Shown here in pieces: positions 17,547 through 24,324 of a stretch of 24,324 nt of DNA. The stretch is from UHGV virus genome UHGV-0175638; one strand, given 5' to 3'. The notes below the pieces were generated by a model. That model saw only the letters and a program-made list of their open reading frames with translations, was not told the DNA's origin and did not search any database. The position numbers and the translations under genes were made by a program. Numbering within the stretch: position 1 is the first letter of the stretch; each line of letters starts with the position of its first letter. The stretch is from a virus.

Positions 17547-18039
17547 ACGCTGCCTTGTCGGGGCCGTGCTGGCTATTGCTGCCACGCTGCCGGGTTTTCA
17601 GCAGCTTCACACCTCCGTGGAGGGACTGAAACTGATTGCCGATTACGAAGGCTGTCGTCTGCAGCCGTATCAGTGCAGCGCGGGTGTATGGACTGACGGC
17701 ATTGGTAATACGTCGGGCGTCATTCCCGGCAAAACCATTACGGAACGACAGGCAGCAGAAGGGCTTATCTCCAACGTGCTGCGTGTGGAGCGGTCACTGG
17801 AAAGGTGTGTGAAGCAACAGCCACCGCAGAAAGTGTATGACGCGGTGGTGTCATTTGCCTTCAACGTGGGGACAGGCAATGCCTGCAGCTCCACGCTGGT
17901 GAAATTGCTCAATCAGCGGCGCTGGGCGGATGCGTGCCGACAGTTGCCGCGCTGGGTGTATGTGAAAGGTGTGTTTAATCAGGGGCTGGATAACCGCCGT
18001 GCGCGGGAGATGGCCTGGTGCTTACAGGGAGCAAACTGA
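17527..18039 (+). CDS. Endolysin, T4-lysozyme fold with N-terminal SAR (signal-anchor-release) segment
   Basis: Hydrophobic Gly/Ala-rich N-terminus (CLVGAVLAIAATLPG), then an E-x8-D-x5-T triad (EGCRLQPYQCSAGVWTDGIGNT); the C-terminal region resembles phage 21 SAR endolysin from memory. Confidence 0.8.
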   Translation: MNPSIVKRCLVGAVLAIAATLPGFQQLHTSVEGLKLIADYEGCRLQPYQCSAGVWTDGIGNTSGVIPGKTITERQAAEGLISNVLRVERSLERCVKQQPPQKVYDAVVSFAFNVGTGNACSSTLVKLLNQRRWADACRQLPRWVYVKGVFNQGLDNRRAREMAWCLQGAN

Positions 18040-18040
18040 A

Positions 18041-18418
18041 ATGAAAAAGAAATTAATCAGCGGACTGTTTCTGATGTTATGGATGGCGCTGTTAATCGCA
18101 GCAATGGTGTATCCGCAGGGGATTTTTCCGGTACTGGCAGCGTCCGGCGTTTGGGTAGCCTGTTTACTGACATGGGCGGCAATTCCGGTAGCACTGGCTG
18201 CGTTAATTAAGAATGGCTCGCTCTGGCAGGAGTTGAGGGTATCTTTGCTGAAGACCATTACCCGAAAAGAAAACGTATTTATCAGCTGGGTGATGCGATT
18301 GCTGATTGTCGTAAGTCTCGTCTGGACGGGGTGGGCTATTACCCTGGTCTTTTATCTACTGACCGTTATTGCCTTCTGGATCACCCGTAATCAGATGGCG
18401 CAACAGGTAGCAGCATGA
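18041..18418 (+). CDS. lysA: LysA-like membrane protein (lysis timing)
   Basis: 125 aa, four predicted TM helices; ATG at 18041 preceded by AGGGAG, directly after the endolysin stop. Confidence 0.7.
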   Translation: MKKKLISGLFLMLWMALLIAAMVYPQGIFPVLAASGVWVACLLTWAAIPVALAALIKNGSLWQELRVSLLKTITRKENVFISWVMRLLIVVSLVWTGWAITLVFYLLTVIAFWITRNQMAQQVAA

Positions 18419-18843
18419 ACCGGTTGCTGCTGGTTATGCTGGCGTTATTACTGGCGGCGCTGGGCTGGCAGACGTGGCGGCTGGCTGATGCCAGCCGGAC
18501 CATCAGCACGCAGGCGGACGAGCTGCAGAGCAAAAGCCAGGCACTGGCAAAGAGCAACAGCCAGCTTATCAGCCTGTCCATTCTGACTGAAACCAATAAC
18601 CGGGAGCAGGCGCGGCTCTATGCCGACGCAGAACAGACCAGCGCGCTGCTGAGACAACGACAACGCCGGATTGAGGAACTGAAACGTGAGAACGAGGATT
18701 TACGCCGCTGGGCTGATACTCCTTTGCCTGCTGACATTATCCGGCTGCGGGAACGTCCGGCACTCACCGGAGGTGCAGCTTACCGTCAGTGGTTGTCCGC
18801 GAGTGACGCCGTGTCGGCTGGATCAGACAGCGCCGCGCACTAA
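18415..18843 (+). CDS. lysB: LysB (Rz-like inner-membrane spanin)
   Basis: 142 aa; N-terminal TM (LLLVMLALLLAALGW) then coiled-coil periplasmic domain; start overlaps the lysA stop (ATGA). Confidence 0.75.
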   Translation: MNRLLLVMLALLLAALGWQTWRLADASRTISTQADELQSKSQALAKSNSQLISLSILTETNNREQARLYADAEQTSALLRQRQRRIEELKRENEDLRRWADTPLPADIIRLRERPALTGGAAYRQWLSASDAVSAGSDSAAH

Positions 18844-18973
18844 CGGTGAGCTGAACGCGTTGCTGGATGAAACGGAGGCCGCCTGGGCGGTCTGTGCAGA
18901 CAAAGTGGACATGATTATTGCGTGTCAGGAGCGAAACAGTGAACAAACCACAATCCCTGCGCCACGCCCTTAA
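18686..18973 (+). CDS. lysC: LysC (Rz1-like outer-membrane lipoprotein spanin), embedded in the +1 frame of lysB
   Basis: 95 aa; lipobox LTLSGC after a signal peptide; Pro-rich; begins inside lysB and extends past it, as in P2. Confidence 0.65.
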   Translation: MRTRIYAAGLILLCLLTLSGCGNVRHSPEVQLTVSGCPRVTPCRLDQTAPRTNGELNALLDETEAAWAVCADKVDMIIACQERNSEQTTIPAPRP

Positions 18974-19370
18974 TAAAGCAGTGCCTTATGTCCGCAATAA
19001 CCCGGACAAACTGCATCTGTTTGTGGATAACGGTTCGCTGGTTGCCACGGGGACCAGCTCCATGTCGTGGGAGTACCGTTACACCCTGAACGCAGTGATT
19101 GAGGATTTCAGCGGCGACCAGAATCTGCTGATGGCCCCGGTTTTGCTGTGGCTGCGGGATAACCAGCCCGATGCCATCAATAACCCGGCGTTACGGGAAA
19201 AACTATTCACCTTTGAGGTGGATATTCTGCGCAACGATGTCTGTGATATCAGCCTGAACCTGCAACTGACGGAGCGTGTGCTGGTCAGTACTGACGGCAG
19301 TGTGTCGAGCGTTGAAGCTATAGCGGAACCTGATGAACCTGAAGAAATGTGGACGGTGAAACGTGGCTGA
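18939..19370 (+). CDS. R: Tail completion protein R (P2 gpR family)
   Basis: Likely GTG start at 18939 preceded by AGGAG (track ORF starts at TTG 18918); resembles P2 R from memory. Confidence 0.75.
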   Translation: MNKPQSLRHALNKAVPYVRNNPDKLHLFVDNGSLVATGTSSMSWEYRYTLNAVIEDFSGDQNLLMAPVLLWLRDNQPDAINNPALREKLFTFEVDILRNDVCDISLNLQLTERVLVSTDGSVSSVEAIAEPDEPEEMWTVKRG

Positions 19371-19809
19371 ATTGCAGAAGGTGGACGACTGGCTGAGTGC
19401 CTTGCTGGCGAATCTGGAGCCAGCCGCAAGAAGCCGCATGATGCGCCAGCTGGCGCAGGAACTGCGCCGGACACAGCAGCAGAACATCAGGATGCAGCGC
19501 AATCCAGATGGCAGCAGTTATGAGCCGCGACGGGTAACAGCACGCAGCAAAAAGGGGCGCATCAAACGTCAGATGTTTACAAAGCTGCGCACCACAAAAT
19601 ACCTGAAAACTGCCGCCAGCGCCGATTCTGCCAGCGTGCAGTTTGAAGGTAAGGTGCAGCGCATTGCCCGCGTTCATCACTACGGCCTGCGTGATCGCAT
19701 CAGTCGAAGAGGACCGGAGGTCCGTTACGCAGAGCGTCGTCTCCTAGGCGTAAATGATGATGTGGAAACTGTCATTCAGGATGCTTTGCTAAATTGGTTA
19801 CAGAGATAA
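19363..19809 (+). CDS. S: Tail completion protein S (P2 gpS family)
   Basis: 148 aa; start overlaps the R stop; conserved order. Confidence 0.75.
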   Translation: MAELQKVDDWLSALLANLEPAARSRMMRQLAQELRRTQQQNIRMQRNPDGSSYEPRRVTARSKKGRIKRQMFTKLRTTKYLKTAASADSASVQFEGKVQRIARVHHYGLRDRISRRGPEVRYAERRLLGVNDDVETVIQDALLNWLQR

Positions 19810-19835
19810 ATAAAACCACATTTATAAAATTTAGT

Positions 19836-20750
19836 TTACTTTTTACTGATAAATGGATTCCTATCAATCCATGAGTCCCAGTTTATATAATTGTCATCAA
19901 ATCCTATGAATTTCATTAGTACAAGTGGCACCAGTAAATTCAAATTTGATGAGTAATCTTGAATTTCAATTTTGCCATCTGAGTTTTTTTCATCAAGATA
20001 GGCAATGTATTTACCATTGTGGAACAGCGAGTGACGGAGTTTGCAGTAATGCATAATGTTTCTTTGAGCTAATGTATGTCCTGTTTTTTCGACATTAAAA
20101 CCATATTCTTTTAAAACCTGAGTGATTATTTGTGGTGTTTTGGCAGGGGAGTAGTCATTTTTAATAAATCTGCAAAGTGCTTCTAGTGCCGAGAATAATA
20201 AATAATATCTGACGTCGATATAATTTATTGAGTCGCGGAAAGCTAGCATTGATTTAAAAAATGATGTTCTAAAGGCATCTTGTTTTAGCATGGCTTTACT
20301 ATTTAGTTTTTCCATGGCTAAGCAAATAAATTTTTCTCGGCTGTTTGGTGCAAAATAATCTTCCATGATGATAATGCCCGCACCCTTATCTCTTTTTTTG
20401 TCAAGCTTTTTGGGTAGAGATGGTTTGAAATTGAAAGGGGTTTCATCATTTTCAAGTTCTCCTGAAATGATTACATTTTTTTGTTCAATAAAACTAAGAA
20501 CTGCTTGTAAATCAAAAATAAGCTGCTGTTGAGTGGCGTAGTTATTCGAGTTTGGTTTGAAAAAACCAGTGAGGATGTACCTATCATTAGCCCAGCCATT
20601 TTTTTTTAACTCACTCCATGAACTGAAAATAGGAGTTAACTCACCACCGTCAAATGTGATTTTTTTAGTGAAATTAAATCCATAAATTGCGATTTGTGTC
20701 ATCTTAAATACCTTAGAAATTGTTTCTCTTTTGTGTGGTTCTCCATACAT
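19836..20750 (-). CDS. AT-rich hypothetical protein (288-304 aa) on the opposite strand inside the late region; candidate accessory/defence gene
   Basis: Long intact antisense ORF between S and V (position of P2 orf30); markedly AT-rich; alternative start ATG at 20702; C-terminal R-x4-H motif (LRHSLFH). Confidence 0.65.
   Translation of the reverse strand: MYGEPHKRETISKVFKMTQIAIYGFNFTKKITFDGGELTPIFSSWSELKKNGWANDRYILTGFFKPNSNNYATQQQLIFDLQAVLSFIEQKNVIISGELENDETPFNFKPSLPKKLDKKRDKGAGIIIMEDYFAPNSREKFICLAMEKLNSKAMLKQDAFRTSFFKSMLAFRDSINYIDVRYYLLFSALEALCRFIKNDYSPAKTPQIITQVLKEYGFNVEKTGHTLAQRNIMHYCKLRHSLFHNGKYIAYLDEKNSDGKIEIQDYSSNLNLLVPLVLMKFIGFDDNYINWDSWIDRNPFISKK
20732..20749 (+). promoter_or_regulatory. 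Late-promoter activator site (TGT-N12-ACA dyad) upstream of V
   Basis: TGTGTGGTTCTCCATACA, 14 of 18 identical to the dyad at 13906-13923; about 57 nt upstream of the V ATG; overlaps the 5' extension of the antisense ORF. Confidence 0.5.
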
Positions 20751-20797
20751 ACGCTCTGTATTACATCACTCTACCCGGTTGTGCAAGGATCGCTCTC

Positions 20798-21376
20798 ATG
20801 AATGCACAACTGACTGAAATCATGCGCCTTATCACCAACCTGATCCGCACTGGTGTAGTCACCGAGGTGGACCGGGAGAACTGGCTTTGCCGGGTGAAAA
20901 CGGGCGACCTTGAAACCAACTGGATTAACTGGCTGACACTGCGCGCGGGCAAATCGCGCACCTGGTGGAAACCGTCTGTGGGCGAGCAGGTTGTGCTGTT
21001 CAGCCTGGGTGGCAATCTGGAAACCGCCTTTGCGTTGCCCGCCATCTATTCGAATCAGTTCGCACCGCCGTCAACGTCGGCGGAAGCCTGCGTGACAGAA
21101 CATCCTGATGGTGGCTGGTTTGAATACGAACCAGCCACCGGGCGCTGGTATGTCAGGGGCATCAAATCCATGGTCATTGAGGCTGCCGACAACATCACCC
21201 TGAAAACCAGTGAGTTTGTGCTGGAGGCTGACCGCACGCGTATTAACAGTGAAGTGGTGATCAATGGTGGCGTTACCCAGGGCGGCGGTGCAATGAGTTC
21301 TAACGGGATCGTGGTTGATGCGCATCAGCATACTGGCGTCCTGAAAGGCGGCGACACAACCGGAGGCCCGGTATGA
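20798..21376 (+). CDS. V: Baseplate spike/assembly protein V (P2 gpV family)
   Basis: ATG at 20798 preceded by AAGGA (track ORF starts at 20720); N-terminus resembles P2 V from memory. Confidence 0.8.
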   Translation: MNAQLTEIMRLITNLIRTGVVTEVDRENWLCRVKTGDLETNWINWLTLRAGKSRTWWKPSVGEQVVLFSLGGNLETAFALPAIYSNQFAPPSTSAEACVTEHPDGGWFEYEPATGRWYVRGIKSMVIEAADNITLKTSEFVLEADRTRINSEVVINGGVTQGGGAMSSNGIVVDAHQHTGVLKGGDTTGGPV

Positions 21377-21732
21377 CGCTTTATATCGGGATGAACAATA
21401 CCAGCGGTAAAGCTATTACTGATATTGACCATCTGCGCCAGTCGGTGCGGGACATTCTGCTGACACCGCAGGGTAGCCGCATTGCCCGCCGGGAATATGG
21501 TTCCCTGCTGTCGGCTTTAATAGATCAGCCACAAAATCCGGCGTTACGCCTGCAGGTCATGTCGGCTGTGTATGTGGCACTGAGTCGCTGGGAGCCACGG
21601 CTGACGCTGGATTCCATCACCATCAACAGCAATTTTGACGGTTCAATGGTGGTGGAGCTGACCGGGCGGCGGAATAACGGTGTGCCTGTGTCCCTTTCCG
21701 TATCAACAGGAGCAGAGAATGGCAGTGATTGA
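21373..21732 (+). CDS. W: Baseplate protein W (gp25/GPW lysozyme-like family)
   Basis: 119 aa; start overlaps the V stop (ATGA); conserved order. Confidence 0.8.
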   Translation: MTLYIGMNNTSGKAITDIDHLRQSVRDILLTPQGSRIARREYGSLLSALIDQPQNPALRLQVMSAVYVALSRWEPRLTLDSITINSNFDGSMVVELTGRRNNGVPVSLSVSTGAENGSD

Positions 21733-22627
21733 CCTTTCGCAGTTGCCTGCGCCGCAGATTGTGGATGTGCCGAACTTTGAGACGCTGCTTGCCGAACGCA
21801 AGGCAGAATTTGTGGCGCTTCATCCGAAAGATGAGCAGGAGGCTGTGATCCGCACGCTGGAACTGGAATCTGAACCCGTCACCAAATTGCTGCAGGAGAA
21901 CGCTTACCGTGAGTTGCTTCTGCGCCAGCGCATTAACGAAGCCGCGCAGGCGGTGATGGTGGCTTACGCGATGGGCGGCGATCTGGACCAGCTCGCTGCC
22001 AACTACAACGTGAAACGCCTGACGGTGACGCCTGCTGATGATGACGCTGTGCCGCCCGTTGCAGCTGTGATGGAAAGCGATGAAGCGTTACGCCTGCGTG
22101 TGCCTGCAGCCTTTGAGGGGCTTTCAGTTGCGGGGCCAACTGCAGCTTATGAATTTCATGCCCGAAGCGCCGACGGTCGGGTGGCGGATGCCAGTGCAAC
22201 CAGCCCGGCACCTGCAGAGGTGGTGCTGACTGTCCTTAGCCGCGAAGGCGATGGAACAGCAGAAAAAGACCTGCTGGATGTGGTGGAGAAAGCCCTGAAC
22301 AGTGAGAACGTCCGCCCGGTGGCTGACCGTCTGACGGTTCGCAGTGCAGAAATCATCCCGTACCGCGTGGAAGCTACCATTTTTCTCTATCCGGGGCCGG
22401 AAGCAGAGCCGGTAATGGCAGCGGCAAAAGCCAGCCTGCAGAGGTACATTGCCAGTCAGACGCGGCTTGGTCGGGATATTCGCCGTAGCGCCATTTTTGC
22501 CGCGCTGCATGTTGAGGGTGTTCAGCGTGTGGAACTGGCTTCCCCGCTGGCGGATGTGGTCCTGAACAAAACGCAGGCGGCATCATGTACGGAGTGGAGC
22601 GTGACCAACGGGGGAACGGATGAATAG
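21719..22627 (+). CDS. J: Baseplate protein J (P2 gpJ family)
   Basis: About 302 aa from ATG 21719 (track ORF starts at GTG 21680); conserved order. Confidence 0.8.
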   Translation: MAVIDLSQLPAPQIVDVPNFETLLAERKAEFVALHPKDEQEAVIRTLELESEPVTKLLQENAYRELLLRQRINEAAQAVMVAYAMGGDLDQLAANYNVKRLTVTPADDDAVPPVAAVMESDEALRLRVPAAFEGLSVAGPTAAYEFHARSADGRVADASATSPAPAEVVLTVLSREGDGTAEKDLLDVVEKALNSENVRPVADRLTVRSAEIIPYRVEATIFLYPGPEAEPVMAAAKASLQRYIASQTRLGRDIRRSAIFAALHVEGVQRVELASPLADVVLNKTQAASCTEWSVTNGGTDE

Positions 22628-23225
22628 TCTGCTGCCACCGGGTTCAACACCACTGGAGCGCCGACTGGCACAAACCTGCAGCGGGATTTCTGATTTGCAG
22701 GTGCCGCTGCGTGACCTGTGGGATCCGGCTACCTGTCCGGTCAGTTTCCTGCCTTATCTCGCCTGGGCGTTCTCTGTGGATCGATGGGACGAGGGCTGGA
22801 CGGAAAGCGTCAAACGCCAGGTGGTGAAGGATGCTTTTTATATACATCAGCATAAAGGAACCACCAGTGCCGTGCGGCGGGTGGTGGAGCCGTTCGGCTT
22901 CCTGATCCGCATTATTGAGTGGTGGCAGACCGGAGAAACACCCGGCACGTTTCGCCTGGATATTGGCGTGCAGGACCAGGGCATCACTGAAGATACCTAT
23001 CTGGAACTTGAGCGGCTGATAAGCGATGCCAAACCATGCAGCCGTCACATGACTGGCATGTCCATCAATCTGCAGACCAGCGGTCCGCATTGGGTAGGGG
23101 CTGCCAGCTATCTTGGCGAAGAAATCACGATCTATCCGTATATCAACGAAACGATTATTTCCGGCGGCACCGCGCATGAGGGCGGGGCAGTCCACGTTAT
23201 TGACACAGTGAGAGTGAATCCATGA
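22620..23225 (+). CDS. I: Baseplate/tail protein I (P2 gpI family)
   Basis: 201 aa; start overlaps the J stop; conserved order. Confidence 0.8.
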   Translation: MNSLLPPGSTPLERRLAQTCSGISDLQVPLRDLWDPATCPVSFLPYLAWAFSVDRWDEGWTESVKRQVVKDAFYIHQHKGTTSAVRRVVEPFGFLIRIIEWWQTGETPGTFRLDIGVQDQGITEDTYLELERLISDAKPCSRHMTGMSINLQTSGPHWVGAASYLGEEITIYPYINETIISGGTAHEGGAVHVIDTVRVNP

Positions 23226-24324
23226 GCACAAAATTTTATACCCTGCTGACGGAGATTGGTGCGGCGAAGCTTGCCAGCGCCACTGCACTTGGTGTGCCGC
23301 TTAAAATTACCCATATGGCGGTGGGGGATGGCGGCGGAGCATTGCCGACGCCGGACGCAAAGCAGACTGCACTGGTAAATGAGAAACGCCGGGCTGCGCT
23401 GAATATGCTCTATATCGACCCGCAGAACAGCAGCCAGATTATTGCTGAACAGGTGATCCCTGAAAACGAGGGCGGTTGGTGGATACGTGAAGTGGGCCTG
23501 TTTGATGAGTCAGGGGCATTGATTGCCGTGGGCAACTGCCCGGAAAGCTATAAGCCGCAACTGGCTGAAGGCAGCGGGCGCACCCAGACCGTGCGTATAG
23601 TGCTGATAACCAGCAGCACGGACAATATCACCCTGAAAATCGATCCTGCCGTCGTGCTGGCAACCCGCAAGTATGTGGATGACAAGGCACTGGAGCTGAA
23701 GGTGTATGTGGATGATCTGATGGCAAAACACCTTGCCGCACCAGATCCGCATTCACAGTACGCGCCAAAAGCCAGCCCTACATTTACCGGAACCCCCAAA
23801 GCGCCAACGCCAGCGGCAGGGAATAATACCACGCAGGTTGCGACCACCGCGTTTGTACAGGCGGCACTGACGGCTCTTATTAATGGTGCGCCAGCCACGC
23901 TGGACACACTGAAAGAAATAGCCGCAGCCATTAACAATGACCCGAAATTCAGCACCACCATTAACAATGCGCTGGCACTGAAAGCGCCGCTGTCGAGTCC
24001 GGCACTTACCGGAACGCCAACAGCACCTACTGCGGCACAGTCGGTCAACAATACACAGATTGCCACCACGGCTTTTGTGAAATCGGCGATTGCAGCAATG
24101 GTGGGTTCTGCACCTGCGGCACTGGATACACTGAACGAACTGGCGGCGGCGCTGGGGAATGACCCGAACTTTGCCACGACAATGCTTAATGCACTGGCAG
24201 GTAAACAACCGCTGGACAATACGCTGACTAATTTGAGTGGAAAGGATGTAGCTGGTCTTCTCACATACCTTGGTTTGGGAGAAGGTTCATTTGGGTTCAG
24301 AAATCTGGTTGCCTTCACAACGGC
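23222..24324 (+). CDS. H: Tail fibre protein H, 5' part (continues beyond the window)
   Basis: ATG at 23222 overlapping the I stop; ORF open to the window end; conserved P2-like N-terminal region then Ala/Thr/Pro-rich repeats. Confidence 0.8.
   Translation, partial: MSTKFYTLLTEIGAAKLASATALGVPLKITHMAVGDGGGALPTPDAKQTALVNEKRRAALNMLYIDPQNSSQIIAEQVIPENEGGWWIREVGLFDESGALIAVGNCPESYKPQLAEGSGRTQTVRIVLITSSTDNITLKIDPAVVLATRKYVDDKALELKVYVDDLMAKHLAAPDPHSQYAPKASPTFTGTPKAPTPAAGNNTTQVATTAFVQAALTALINGAPATLDTLKEIAAAINNDPKFSTTINNALALKAPLSSPALTGTPTAPTAAQSVNNTQIATTAFVKSAIAAMVGSAPAALDTLNELAAALGNDPNFATTMLNALAGKQPLDNTLTNLSGKDVAGLLTYLGLGEGSFGFRNLVAFTT
23786..24229 (+). repeat. Two tandem copies of a diverged ~222-nt (74-aa) unit within the tail-fibre gene
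   Basis: Unit 1 from 23786 and unit 2 from 24008 both begin ACCGGAAC and encode parallel peptides (TGTPKAPT...QVATTAFV...LDTLKEIAAAINNDPKF / TGTPTAPT...QIATTAFV...LDTLNELAAALGNDPNF). Confidence 0.6.

Noticed and set aside
23548-24318. Long minus-strand ORFs (256 and 151 aa) across the tail-fibre gene, and the possibility that the repeats there are a CRISPR or other array
   Set aside because: They are antisense products of the Ala/Thr-rich repeat region of gene H; the repeats are protein-coding and diverged at the nucleotide level, with no spacer-repeat organisation.

Overview
The window is most of a P2/186-family temperate phage (prophage) of an enterobacterial host, read from the integrase end to the middle of the tail-fibre gene. 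Gene order (left to right): a 110-aa AT-rich gene; a tyrosine integrase split across two frames; a small secreted peptide and a 186-type CI repressor (all minus strand); then on the plus strand pR, an Apl-like excisionase, CII, three small ORFs, a TraR/DksA zinc finger, a Dam methylase, and the rolling-circle replication protein A. Next come a LexA-box-controlled two-gene SOS module (the second gene DinI-like), a terminator and a cos-like site. The late region follows: portal Q and terminase P (minus), then O, N, M, L, X, a pinholin-like holin, a SAR-type endolysin, LysA, LysB with embedded LysC, R and S, then V, W, J, I and the 5' part of tail fibre H. Two AT-rich cargo insertions interrupt this GC-rich backbone. 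The first (8770-10983) is a two-gene operon, an ABC-type P-loop ATPase plus a partner with Toprim-like acidic motifs, at the cos/portal hotspot where P2 carries old/tin; it is the best candidate for a defence system and I cannot tell from sequence whether it is a known (PARIS/AbiL-like) or new one. The second (19836-20750, minus strand) is a single 304-aa gene between S and V. All functional calls rest on ORF structure, motifs read by eye and remembered family resemblance; no searches were run.
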